Of a DNA stretch of 64,000 bases, positions 22,343 through 32,175 are shown in pieces (positions within the stretch are counted from its first letter, which is position 1; every line of letters begins with the position of its first letter). Location of the stretch: the NCBI GenBank assembly GCA_965203175.1, contig OZ241867.1, forward strand, positions 288,001 through 352,000, read 5' to 3'. The notes under the pieces are model-generated. The model did no database searches. It saw only the letters and a program-made list of their open reading frames with translations, and was not told the origin of the DNA. The translations under genes and the position numbers were made by a program. This stretch comes from Candidatus Latescibacterota bacterium (lineage in GTDB: Bacteria > Latescibacterota > UBA2968 > UBA8231).

Positions 22343-24736
22343 CTAGTAAAACTGCGGCCCAAACTGGAAGTGGGTCTTCCAACCAGCCGGCGCACCATCG
22401 ACCTTCTCGCGGTCAAAACCATAGCCGAAGTCGAAGCCGATCATCCCCAGCATCGGCGTCTGGACGCGAAAACCGAAGCCCAGCGAGCGCCTGAGGTCTA
22501 AGGGATTGAGGTCGGGAATCGTCGCCCAAGCGTTGCCCGCGTCTGCGAATAGGATGCCGTACACTTGCTGCTCGGCGATCGGAAAGCGGTACTCCAGATT
22601 CAACACTATCATTGAGCGGCCGCCGAGAGAAATCCCGCCGGCCTTCGGGCCTAATGAGTAATCTGGATAACCCCGGACTTGTCCGTCCCAGTAATCAATA
22701 CCGCCCGGAGTAAACAGATCATAGCGCGAAATGTGCTCGTCGTCCCAGTTGGAAAAACCATCGATAACCGCGACTTTGGTCTCCAAACTCCAGACGAACT
22801 TCCACCAACTCGGACGATAGTAGTTAAAATTCACTTCGTGGTTGTGGTAGTCCACATCGCCGGCAATGATTGAGGAGGCGACCGATGGAGTGTAGCTAAA
22901 AACCGTCCCCTTGGTCGGAAACTCGGCCCGGTCGCGCGTATCACGCGTATAGATCAACTCAAAGCGGCTTGTAAGCTGATCTTGGTAGCGAGGATTTGTC
23001 GCAAATATAGTACTGTCTGCAAAGTCGGAATAGCCTTGGGTGTAAAGGCGATAGCCCAGCGAAAGGCTGGAATTAGCCGGCTTCTTCAACCGCCGCCCCA
23101 CGCGCACATTGATCGACTTGCGATTGGATTTCCAGAGGATATCGCTATTGTTTAGCCGATAGTTGGTGCTCCGGTAGTCGTAGTAGTGGAGGTTTTGCGT
23201 ATAAGCGCGCGCCGACAAACTGGTCGGGGTATCGAAGAGCCACGGCTCGGTAAAACCGACCAAGAACTGCTCGCGCCGAGTGCCGAATTCCCAGTTAAAG
23301 TCCAGACTCTGGCCCATCCCGCGGAAGTTGGGAACCTGCAATCCGATCTGCCCCACCATCTTGTCGCGGTCCGAATACCCCGCCCCCACAGACGCTTGCC
23401 CAGTCGGCCGCTCATCGACGTCAAATACCAGATCCACCAGCCGCTCGCCCTCGCCTGTGCTATATTGAGGCTGGATTTGCACATCCTTGAAGAAGTTCAA
23501 CAGATGTATGCGCCGCTGACTTTCTTGGACGAGATTCTGCTGGTAAATATCGCCTGGACGCAATTCAATCTCGCGCCGGATCACCTTCTCCCGCGTCTTG
23601 GTATTGCCGGCGATCTCGACCTTGCGAATCGTCCACGGCTGCCCTTCAAATATCTGAAACGACACGTCAATCGAGTCGTTGCGAATCGTCTCTTGCGGCA
23701 CCACTCGGGTGTCCAAGTAGCCCTTCTCGTAATAGACAAAGCGCGCCAAATCGGCCAGTTCTGGCCCAGAGCGCCCATATACCATCCCCTCCTGCAACTC
23801 TAGCTTTTCCACCAACTCGTCGGTGCCGAAGAGCGCGTTGCCTTCCCAAGCGACTTTGCCCAAGCGGTACTGTAGTCCCTCGTCGATTTCCACGTCGATG
23901 AACAAGTGCCGTCGCGTCGAGTCGTAATAGACACTGTCGCGCACTATGGCTGCCTGCTGAAATCCCAAGCTGCGATAGTACGCTAGCAGCTTCTGCTTGT
24001 CCTCTTCGTACGTGTCGCCGTTGAACTCGCCCTTGCGCCACCAGCGCTTTTCCTCGGTCTCCATCAACGACACCAACCGGCGCGGCTCCGGACCTTGACC
24101 GTCCCACTTTTGCGGACGCCGAGGACTGCGCGCTGGCAACTCTCGGCTGTCAATCACCGTGCCGTCGGCGCGGTGCTGGATCAAGCGAATCTGCTTGATC
24201 TGCACTTTGGACCCCTCGTTGATATCGTATTGGAGGAATACCTCGCCCTCTTCTGCTCCGGCGAAGGTCTGGCCTTTGATCTCGGCGCGCAGATAGCCCT
24301 TCTCGCGATAGAGGTCGAGGATTTTCTGCTCGCCCCGCACCACATCCCTCGGCGCAATAACCTGACCAGTGATCAAGCTCAGCGCCTCCTTGAGATCCTT
24401 CTCCTTGAGATTTTTCTGCCCCTTGAACTGCAAACCCTCTAGGGCTGGGTATTCTTCAACCATGATGATCAGGTTGATTCCCTCGGGAACGGGATCGCCC
24501 CAGATCTGGATATCCTCAAAGACGTTGAGCCCTTGGAGATCGCGCACCGCCTGCTGCACGTTCTCTTGCGATAGCTCAATGCCAGGCTCCAAGCCCACCG
24601 TGGTTAGGATCAGCGACTTGGCCACCTTGCGCATTTCACCCTGCACCTCGACCGAGACAACCTTCTGGGCCTCGACCGCGCTACCCAGCAACCCCACAGA
24701 GACGATGGCAAAAAGTATGGTGCGGAAATTCTTCAT
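22343..24736 (-). CDS. bamA: Outer membrane protein assembly factor BamA
   Basis: Five POTRA-like domains (GNTKTREKVIRRE), FTEPWLF, VRGY, C-terminal FQFGPQFY. Confidence 0.96.
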   Translation of the reverse strand: MKNFRTILFAIVSVGLLGSAVEAQKVVSVEVQGEMRKVAKSLILTTVGLEPGIELSQENVQQAVRDLQGLNVFEDIQIWGDPVPEGINLIIMVEEYPALEGLQFKGQKNLKEKDLKEALSLITGQVIAPRDVVRGEQKILDLYREKGYLRAEIKGQTFAGAEEGEVFLQYDINEGSKVQIKQIRLIQHRADGTVIDSRELPARSPRRPQKWDGQGPEPRRLVSLMETEEKRWWRKGEFNGDTYEEDKQKLLAYYRSLGFQQAAIVRDSVYYDSTRRHLFIDVEIDEGLQYRLGKVAWEGNALFGTDELVEKLELQEGMVYGRSGPELADLARFVYYEKGYLDTRVVPQETIRNDSIDVSFQIFEGQPWTIRKVEIAGNTKTREKVIRREIELRPGDIYQQNLVQESQRRIHLLNFFKDVQIQPQYSTGEGERLVDLVFDVDERPTGQASVGAGYSDRDKMVGQIGLQVPNFRGMGQSLDFNWEFGTRREQFLVGFTEPWLFDTPTSLSARAYTQNLHYYDYRSTNYRLNNSDILWKSNRKSINVRVGRRLKKPANSSLSLGYRLYTQGYSDFADSTIFATNPRYQDQLTSRFELIYTRDTRDRAEFPTKGTVFSYTPSVASSIIAGDVDYHNHEVNFNYYRPSWWKFVWSLETKVAVIDGFSNWDDEHISRYDLFTPGGIDYWDGQVRGYPDYSLGPKAGGISLGGRSMIVLNLEYRFPIAEQQVYGILFADAGNAWATIPDLNPLDLRRSLGFGFRVQTPMLGMIGFDFGYGFDREKVDGAPAGWKTHFQFGPQFY

Positions 24737-24737
24737 A

Positions 24738-27206
24738 TCAGCTCGTGGTCGCGCGCTTCTTCTTTACCTCTTCTCCCACCCCTTCTCGACGCTCCTCGTC
24801 GAAAACTAGTTCCTCGCCCTTTTTGGTGACGCGAATGCGGCTGCCCTCGCCAAAGCGGCCTTGGAGAATCTCTTCGGCCAGCGGATCTTCGAGCATCTTC
24901 TGGATGGTCCGCTCCAAATAGCGCGCGCCATACGCCTGATCAAAGCCCTTGTCGGCGAGCAGCGTTTTGGCTCCGGGCGTAACTCGCACTTGGATGTCCT
25001 GTGAGGCCAAGCGCGCTTTGAATTCCTCCAAGCGAATATCTATGATGGCGGCGATGTGCTCTTTGTCGAGAGCGTGGAAAATGATGGTGTCATCAACGCG
25101 ATTGAGAAACTCGGGATTGAAGGTCTTTTTCAAGGCGTCGTTGATCTTGCCCTCCATCAGCGCGTATCTTGAGTCGGAATCGGACTTCTGGAAGCCCAAT
25201 ACACCACCCGTGCCCACATCCCGACTACCTGCGTTAGAAGTCATAATTAGCACGGTATTGCAAAAATCTACTTTGCGGCCCGTGCTATCGGTGAGCCGCC
25301 CCTCGTCGAGAATTTGCAACAGAATGTTGAAGACATCGGGGTGAGCTTTCTCGACCTCGTCTAGCAAAACCACTGAGTAAGGACGGCGGCGGACCCGCTC
25401 GGTGAGCTGCCCTCCCTCGTCAAAACCCACATAGCCCGGAGGTGCGCCAATCAGGCGCGACACTGCAAATTTCTCCATGTACTCAGACATGTCGACCGAA
25501 ATCAACGCATCGGCATCGTCGAAGAGAAATTCGGCTAGCCGTTTGGCCAACTCGGTCTTGCCCACGCCCGTCGGGCCGAGAAAGATAAATGAGCCGATGG
25601 GCCGCTTGGGATCCTGTAGGCCCGCGCGACTGCGGCGGATGGCCCGCGCGATCGCGGTGACCGCTTGCTGCTGGCCGACGATTTTCTTTGTGAGCTCCGC
25701 TTCCATAGCCAGCAGGCGCTCGGTCTCGGTCTTGGCCAGCCGCGAGATCGGAATGCCGGTCATACTGGCGATGACCTCGGCAATGTCGTCTGCCGTCACC
25801 TCGACCACTTCGTCGCGGACCGCTTCCTCCCACGCTTGGCGTTTATTTTGTAGCTGTTCATTCAACTGGAGCGCCTCGTCGCGCAACTCGGCGGCGTCCT
25901 CAAAATCTTGGCGCTCGGACGCTTCGTTCTTCTTGCGGTTGATCTCCTGTATCTCGGCCTCGATGCGACCGATCTCTTCCGGCGGACTGAGCCGAGCCAG
26001 ATGGACGCGCGAGCCCGTCTCATCGATCACATCAATGGCCTTATCGGGCAAGTAGCGGTCGCTTATATAGCGGTCGGCTTGGCGCACCGCATAGGCAACG
26101 ACATCGTCGGCAAACTCCACGTGATGGTGGCTCTCGTAGCTAGAGCGCAGCCCCTTGACGATCTCAATGGTGTCCTCGACCGAGGGTGGATCGACCATGA
26201 TGCTCTGAAAGCGCCGCTCGAGGGCACCGTCCTTTTCGATGTGCTTGCGGTATTCGTCGAGGGTGGTGGCCCCTATGCACTGCAATTCGCCGCGTGCCAA
26301 AGCGGGCTTGAACATATTGGAAGCATCCAACGTGCCCTCGGCACTGCCAGCACCGACAATGGTGTGTAGCTCGTCGATGAAAATGATGACTTCGGAGTTT
26401 TGCTGCAGCTCGTTCATCACCGCCTTGATGCGCTCTTCAAACTGGCCCCGGTACTTGGTGCCGGCGACCACGCCGCCCATGTCGAGGGTGACTAAGCGCT
26501 TGTCGAGGAGAATCTGCGGCACGCGCTTTTCAATGATGCGCTGGGCTAGCCCCTCGACAATGGCCGTCTTGCCGACGCCCGGATCGCCAATGAGGATGGG
26601 ATTGTTCTTCTTGCGGCGGCTGAGCACTTGCGTGACGCGCTCAATCTCCTTCTGGCGACCGATCACCGGGTCTAGCTTGCCCTCTCGCGCCAACTGGGTC
26701 AGGTCGCGGCCAAAGTGGTCGAGGAAGGGCGTCTTGCTCTTCTTGCCCTTTTCCTTGCGTCCGGTAGTCTTGCCTTCAAGCACGGCCAAGGTCTCTTCCA
26801 TAGCCGTTTTGTAATCGACGCCAAAGGCGGCCAGAATCTGTGCGGCGACCCCTTCCTTGTCCTTGAGCAGCGCCAAGAGCAGATGTTCGACATCAATGAA
26901 CTGCGTCTTCATCTCCTTGGCCTCGTTGGCTGCCACTTCGAGGATCTGTTTAGCGCGGGGAGTATAGGGCACCTCGCCGATGGTCATAGTGCCGCCCGAG
27001 GTCGTCACGTAGTCTTCCACCGACTGTTTGACCGTCTCCAAACTCAACCCCAAGTTCGTCAACACGGCCACGGCCTTGCCCTTGCCGTCCTTGATAATGC
27101 CCAACAGCAAATGCTCGGTGCCGATGTAGTTGTGACCCAAGCGCGCCGACTCCTCGCGCGCCAGCTTCATTACCTGTTTTACATTTTCAGTGAACATGTT
27201 GTTCAT
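24738..27206 (-). CDS. clpC: ATP-dependent Clp protease ATP-binding subunit ClpC
   Basis: Clp-N repeats (GTEHLLL), two AAA modules GDPGVGKT and [11 protein letters not shown] middle domain, GAPPGYVG. Confidence 0.96.
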   Translation of the reverse strand: MNNMFTENVKQVMKLAREESARLGHNYIGTEHLLLGIIKDGKGKAVAVLTNLGLSLETVKQSVEDYVTTSGGTMTIGEVPYTPRAKQILEVAANEAKEMKTQFIDVEHLLLALLKDKEGVAAQILAAFGVDYKTAMEETLAVLEGKTTGRKEKGKKSKTPFLDHFGRDLTQLAREGKLDPVIGRQKEIERVTQVLSRRKKNNPILIGDPGVGKTAIVEGLAQRIIEKRVPQILLDKRLVTLDMGGVVAGTKYRGQFEERIKAVMNELQQNSEVIIFIDELHTIVGAGSAEGTLDASNMFKPALARGELQCIGATTLDEYRKHIEKDGALERRFQSIMVDPPSVEDTIEIVKGLRSSYESHHHVEFADDVVAYAVRQADRYISDRYLPDKAIDVIDETGSRVHLARLSPPEEIGRIEAEIQEINRKKNEASERQDFEDAAELRDEALQLNEQLQNKRQAWEEAVRDEVVEVTADDIAEVIASMTGIPISRLAKTETERLLAMEAELTKKIVGQQQAVTAIARAIRRSRAGLQDPKRPIGSFIFLGPTGVGKTELAKRLAEFLFDDADALISVDMSEYMEKFAVSRLIGAPPGYVGFDEGGQLTERVRRRPYSVVLLDEVEKAHPDVFNILLQILDEGRLTDSTGRKVDFCNTVLIMTSNAGSRDVGTGGVLGFQKSDSDSRYALMEGKINDALKKTFNPEFLNRVDDTIIFHALDKEHIAAIIDIRLEEFKARLASQDIQVRVTPGAKTLLADKGFDQAYGARYLERTIQKMLEDPLAEEILQGRFGEGSRIRVTKKGEELVFDEERREGVGEEVKKKRATTS

Positions 27207-27293
27207 CTAATCGTCCTCCACAATCCGCCTATGTAATAAGGAAGCTTGATGCTCGACCATTCGGAGCGCGTGAATTGAATATCGAGCGTTGTA

Positions 27294-27348
27294 AATCTGC
27301 CAGATAACTCTCGGTTTTGAACCTACCAAACGGGCAGATTGTTGTCAA
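27294..27348 (-). promoter_or_regulatory. Putative sigma70 promoter for clpC-bamA
   Basis: TTGACA(27348-27343, overlapping the mcsB stop)-N17-TAGGTT(27325-27320); AATCTGCC/GGCAGATT inverted repeat brackets the -10. Confidence 0.55.
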
Positions 27349-28408
27349 GGTGAACTCCCCTGTTCGGCCCAGCGCCGCCTCACTAGTTCGGCGCGGCGCA
27401 CATCGCGGTCTGCCGGAGAGAGATCCTCATGTGATTCGGCCTGCAAATGCGAAGGCTGGGTAATGATCATTAACTGGTTGATGAAACCGAGCGGCAAGCC
27501 GTCGATCATCCCCAAACTACACCCTAAGCGCACGCCGATAGCAAGTTCATAAACTCCTGACCACTCAATACCCGCGCGTGTCGCAAAATCCCATACGCTC
27601 GCCAAACCTTGTCCTCCACTTGAGCAGATGCGTCTGCCAGCAGGGTGGTCTGCGCTTCTTTTTCGTGACCCATAATCTGTTGAGTCACTTCCGAGAGCTT
27701 CTCGACGATCTCCTCTTCGGGCACGCCCATGGTGACTTGGTTGGATATCTGAAATAGGTTGCCGACCGCATTGGTGCCTTCCCCGTAGAAACCACGCACC
27801 GCGAAAGTCATCCGGGCCAAACCGCGCACCACCCGCTCCATATCCTCAGTCAGGACCAAGGCTGGCAGATGGATGAGTACCGATATTCGCAAGCCCGTCC
27901 CCGTGTTGGTCGGGCAGGCCGTCAAGAAGCCCCAGCGCTCCGATTGCGCCCACTCCAATTCTCTATTAAGCGCGTCGTCGAGCGCATCAACCTGCTGCCA
28001 CGCCGCGTGCGTCTGCAAACCCGGTAGAATAGCCTGCAAACGGAGGTGATCTTCCTCGTTGATCATCACGCTGAGCGACTCACCGGCATTGAAGAGCACG
28101 CCGCGCTGGCCCTTGCTTTTGGCGAGAGCCGGGCTAATTAGGTGGCGCTCCACCAGCAACTGTCGCTGATTGGTCTGTAGGGCGTTCATTTGGAAAAAGG
28201 CCGCATCGCGCATATGGTGGCACTTCTGCGCGGTACTCAGGACTTGCTCAATGATTTTCTCTTGGTCGTCGAGCGAGGTCTTCGGCGCAAAGGGCCACGC
28301 CGCGAGGTTGCGGGCCAAGCGAGCACGACAGCTAACGACCATACCTTCTCCATCCCCTTCCCCACTGAGCCAGTCAGCCGCATTGTAAACGAGGTCCTCA
28401 ATATTCAC
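27345..28408 (-). pseudogene. mcsB: Protein arginine kinase McsB with a 1-nt frameshift near 27534 (real or sequencing error)
   Basis: RARLARN, LVERHLIS, INEEDHLR, GFLTACPTNTGTGLR in 27524-28408; the C-terminus VRLG...TQPSHLQ...RDVRRA continues in another frame to 27345. Confidence 0.85.
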
Positions 28409-28410
28409 AG

Positions 28411-28917
28411 CTATTTTCCTTCGAGAACGCGGATGCGGTCCCTGAGCTGAGCGGCCTCTTCAAAGGCCTCTTCCGCTACCGCTTGGGCCAACTCTGCACG
28501 CAAGCGCTCCAGTTCGTCGGGTGCTGGGGCGCTTTGTGCCACCTTCAACGGTCCCTTGCCCCGGTGCCTGTTGTCGCCGTGGATGCGCTTGAGCAGACGC
28601 TCTAACTGTGAGGAGAAAGCATCGTAACAATGCGGGCATCCGAGACGACCCACCCTCTTGAACTCCTCGTAACTCATCCCGCAGGTTGGACACCGCGCGC
28701 CCCCGTCTCCTTCGGCTCCGGCCAACTTGGCCAACTCTATCTTGATTTCCTTCATCAGCACAGGTGCGTCTTTGGTCTGTTCAGCCGGGGCTACCCGCAC
28801 CTCGATGTTTTTTTCTTTAGCGCACTCATGACAGAGTAAGAGCGTCTGTTTTACGTCGTCAACAATATGGGTATAGGCCACTACGGCCTCGCGCTTGGCG
28901 CACGCTCCGCATTTCAT
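28411..28917 (-). CDS. mcsA: McsA (UvrB/UvrC-motif zinc protein, McsB activator)
   Basis: Four CxxC motifs, GRLGCPHCY..F, IHG...H.GK, EAFEEAAQLRDRI. Confidence 0.92.
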   Translation of the reverse strand: MKCGACAKREAVVAYTHIVDDVKQTLLLCHECAKEKNIEVRVAPAEQTKDAPVLMKEIKIELAKLAGAEGDGGARCPTCGMSYEEFKRVGRLGCPHCYDAFSSQLERLLKRIHGDNRHRGKGPLKVAQSAPAPDELERLRAELAQAVAEEAFEEAAQLRDRIRVLEGK

Positions 28918-30219
28918 AAAAAATCTCGCGTGAGCCCGTCGCCTTTAGGCGATGGAGGGATAGCGATTCAATCGGTGAGAGGCGGCTTGTCCGCCTTGAG
29001 CCGGTTGAAATCGGTTGTAGAAAGGTTGACACGGCTTCTTGTAGAGACTATCTGTATCTCTATGAAGAAGGTGATACAGATACAGCTTAAGCCTACCCCT
29101 GAGCAAGCGGCTTCGCTGGAGAAGACGATGCGTCGATTCAACGAGGCGTGTAACTGGCTGGCTGTTCGCGCTTTTGAGCGTAAGCTGGCCAATCGCTTTG
29201 GCTTGCACAAGCTGTATTACTACGAACTGCGTGAACGCTTTGGCCTGCCTGCTCAGATGGCCTGTCTGGTATCGGCCAATGTATCGGCCGCCTACAAGAC
29301 GGACACCGCCAAGCAAGTGGCCTTCCGTCCCTTGGCGTCGATGCCCTATGACCGGCATCTGTTGCGCTATCAAGACCTGACCTCGGTCTCTATGTCCACG
29401 TTGGATGGGCGCATCAGCCTGCCGATGGTCATGGGCGACTATCAGGCCGAACAGTTTGCCCAAGTCAAATACTACGCCGAACTGGTACGCCGCAAGGATG
29501 GCAAGTGGTTCCTTATGGCGGTGATCGAGACCGATGACCTGCCGCCGCTGGATACCGACGACTTCCTCGGCGTCGATCTGGGGGTCGAGCATCTTGCCAC
29601 CGACTCGGATGGAGCAATACACTCGGGCGACGACGTAGAGCAGGTGCGCATCAAGCACCAGACGCTCAAGCAGGCGCTTCAGTCGGCCGCTGATCTTGCG
29701 GCCAACCACCGACGGCGCAAGCGTATCCGCAAGAAGCTCAAACGCATAGGCGACCGCGAAGCGCGGTTTCGTCGTAACACCAACCACTGTATCGCTAAGC
29801 GTATCGTTGCGAAGGCTAAAGGCACTCTGAGAGGGATAGCCCTTGAAGACCTCAAGGGCATCCGACAGAGAACCCGGTTTCGCAAGCCGCAACGAAACCG
29901 CATGGGTAGCTGGGGATTTGACCAGCTTCGCCAGTTTGTCCGCTACAAGGCGGCGCAAGCCGGCGTGCCGCTCAAGATTGTCGACCCCAAGTATACCTCT
30001 CAGATGTGCTCTCAATGCGAACATGTCGAGCGCGGTAATCGCTCCTGTCAAGCTCGGTTTTGTTGCAAGCGATGCGGTCTGATTGACCACGCCGATTGCA
30101 ACGCGGCCCGGAACATCCGGGCAAGGGCACTGGTCAACGTGCCTATAGTTTCGACCTACTCCGTCGCAGCGGGGTAACGGTCAGGGACAAGCCGCTCGAT
30201 TTAGCGGGCGGTGGTTGAC
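28918..30219 (+). mobile_element. IS200/IS605-family element 1 (tnpB only, IS1341-like)
   Basis: Left-end hairpin CCGTCGCCT-TT-AGGCGATGG; right end CAAG-CCGCTCG..CGGGCGG..TGAC; removing it restores the lolD/mcsA ATGA overlap. Confidence 0.9.
29062..30177 (+). CDS. tnpB: RNA-guided endonuclease TnpB
   Basis: MKKVIQIQLKPT start; RuvC D (GVDLG), E (IALEDL), D (HADCNAARNI); zinc finger CSQC..CKRC. Confidence 0.95.
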   Translation: MKKVIQIQLKPTPEQAASLEKTMRRFNEACNWLAVRAFERKLANRFGLHKLYYYELRERFGLPAQMACLVSANVSAAYKTDTAKQVAFRPLASMPYDRHLLRYQDLTSVSMSTLDGRISLPMVMGDYQAEQFAQVKYYAELVRRKDGKWFLMAVIETDDLPPLDTDDFLGVDLGVEHLATDSDGAIHSGDDVEQVRIKHQTLKQALQSAADLAANHRRRKRIRKKLKRIGDREARFRRNTNHCIAKRIVAKAKGTLRGIALEDLKGIRQRTRFRKPQRNRMGSWGFDQLRQFVRYKAAQAGVPLKIVDPKYTSQMCSQCEHVERGNRSCQARFCCKRCGLIDHADCNAARNIRARALVNVPIVSTYSVAAG

Positions 30220-30908
30220 GTCGCGCCGTCTTCCATATGCAATACACCTGCTTCTATGCGCCCCCGGCGATCCATACTCTGGGCCAATTTGCGGTCGTGG
30301 GTCATCACCACAAAAGCCTGCCCGCGCTCCCGGGCCAATCCGGCGAGCAGTTGATGCAGAGACTCGCTGGCCGCCTCGTCGAGGTTGCCCGACGGCTCGT
30401 CGGCCAGCACGACCAACGGCTGAGTGATCAGCGCTCGCACCATGGCCACCCGTTGGCACTCACCGCCCGACAGCGACCCCGGCCGGTGGTGCAAGCGGTC
30501 GGCTAGCCCGACGGAATCCATCAACTCAAGGGCTTCTTGGTGGCGATCAACGCCAGCGACCCTCGCTGGCAACAAGACATTTTCCAGCGCGGTAAATTCC
30601 GGCAGCAGGTAGTGAAATTGGAATACGAAACCAATGTGCCGATTGCGAAAGCGCGACAGCGCCTGATCGCCGAGATTTAGTACATCGGTGTCGGCGATTC
30701 GCAATTGGCCGGCCGTCGGCAGGTCGATTGTACCCAACAAGTGCAGCAAGGTGCTTTTGCCAACTCCAGACTCGCCCATAACCGCGACTAGCTCGCCCGC
30801 CCGCACCACTAAGTCCACGCCCTTGAGCACTTCCAAGCCCTCGCCGCCAGTATCGAACACCTTGCGCAAACCGCACGCTTCAAGGATGATATCGGCTTGT
30901 TTCACCAT
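30201..30908 (-). CDS. lolD: Lipoprotein-releasing ABC transporter ATPase LolD
   Basis: GESGVGKST, IGFVFQFHYLL, LSGGE, LADEPSGNLD; last five codons and stop are supplied by the IS right end. Confidence 0.93.
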   Translation of the reverse strand: MVKQADIILEACGLRKVFDTGGEGLEVLKGVDLVVRAGELVAVMGESGVGKSTLLHLLGTIDLPTAGQLRIADTDVLNLGDQALSRFRNRHIGFVFQFHYLLPEFTALENVLLPARVAGVDRHQEALELMDSVGLADRLHHRPGSLSGGECQRVAMVRALITQPLVVLADEPSGNLDEAASESLHQLLAGLARERGQAFVVMTHDRKLAQSMDRRGRIEAGVLHMEDGATSTTAR

Positions 30909-30909
30909 G

Positions 30910-32175
30910 CTACATTATATACCTAATGGCTTCTACGGGCATCAACCCAGCGGCCTTGCGCGCCGGATAAATCGACGTCGCCAAACAGATGACCATGCTA
31001 ATCGCCGCCACCAGTGCAAAATCCACGACATTCATATCCACGGGCAACGAGCTAATGAAATACATGTCCCCGGGAATGGAAATCAGGGCAAAGCGCTGTT
31101 GAGCCCAGCAGAGCGCAAAGCCGATCAAGCAACCCAAGAAGGTACCGATGCCACCAATGGCCAAACCCTGATAGATGAAAATGCGATAGATCTCGCCCAC
31201 AGTGCAACCGATCGTCCGCAAGATGCCAATCTCGGGCGTCTTGATCAGCACCGACATGACCAAGATCGACATGATGTTAAAGGCCGCGACCAGCACGATG
31301 AGGCTCAGCGCGAGAAAAATTGCCCATTTTTCCAACTCAATCCAGCGGAAGAATTCGGGAAAAAGCTGGGTCCAATCGCGCACTTGGTAGGGATAGCCCA
31401 ACTCCTCGGCTAGGCGGTCGCGGATCTCAGGCGCTTGGTAGATGTCTTTGACGTGGATGTGGATATCGGTAATCGCATCGCCCAATTCGAGCATGCGTTG
31501 GGCGTCTTCTATATGAATAAAAGCATAGTTGTCGTCGTACTGGTACATGCCGCTTTCAAAGTGATTGGTCACAAAAAAAGACCAAGGACGGGGCGAGAAG
31601 CCGTCCATCACGGCTGCTTCCACATCGAGATTTTGCACCGTCATCAGCAACACCTCAGAACCCAGCCCCACGTGCAAGCGCCGCGCCAAGTACTCGCCGA
31701 GAACAATCCCCCGCTTGTTTAGCTCTGCCAGCAGGCCGAGGCGCAGCTGACCTTCTGGATTGGCGTAGCTCAGGTGTTCGATCAAGTCGGAAACTTCTGG
31801 AAAGGTCGCCGGATCAATACCCCACACGGGAATGCCATCGACCCGGCCCAAGTCGAGTTGCGAGGCGATAATGACCTTGGAATCTACGACCGGGGCCGCA
31901 CCCACGACCCCGGCAGCGCCTTTCACCTGTTGCAACAGCGCGCCCCAATCCGCGATGGGGCCGCCGTCGAAGCGGCGAATGTTGACATGAGCGTTCATGC
32001 CGATCAGCCGATTTTTGACTTCGCCGGCAAAACCATTCGTCACCGAGAGGATGATCACCAAAGCCGCTACCCCCAAGATTACTCCACCGACGGCCATATA
32101 GGCGATGACTGAGAAGAAGCCCTCGCGCTGCTTGGAGCGCAAGTAGCGGCCGGCGACAAACAAGGCAATACTCAC
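30910..32175 (-). CDS. lolE: Lipoprotein-releasing ABC transporter permease LolC/E
   Basis: RYLRSK, ILSVTNGF, SGMYQYD, VAAFNI, EIGILRTIG, YPARKAA. Confidence 0.9.
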   Translation of the reverse strand: MSIALFVAGRYLRSKQREGFFSVIAYMAVGGVILGVAALVIILSVTNGFAGEVKNRLIGMNAHVNIRRFDGGPIADWGALLQQVKGAAGVVGAAPVVDSKVIIASQLDLGRVDGIPVWGIDPATFPEVSDLIEHLSYANPEGQLRLGLLAELNKRGIVLGEYLARRLHVGLGSEVLLMTVQNLDVEAAVMDGFSPRPWSFFVTNHFESGMYQYDDNYAFIHIEDAQRMLELGDAITDIHIHVKDIYQAPEIRDRLAEELGYPYQVRDWTQLFPEFFRWIELEKWAIFLALSLIVLVAAFNIMSILVMSVLIKTPEIGILRTIGCTVGEIYRIFIYQGLAIGGIGTFLGCLIGFALCWAQQRFALISIPGDMYFISSLPVDMNVVDFALVAAISMVICLATSIYPARKAAGLMPVEAIRYIM

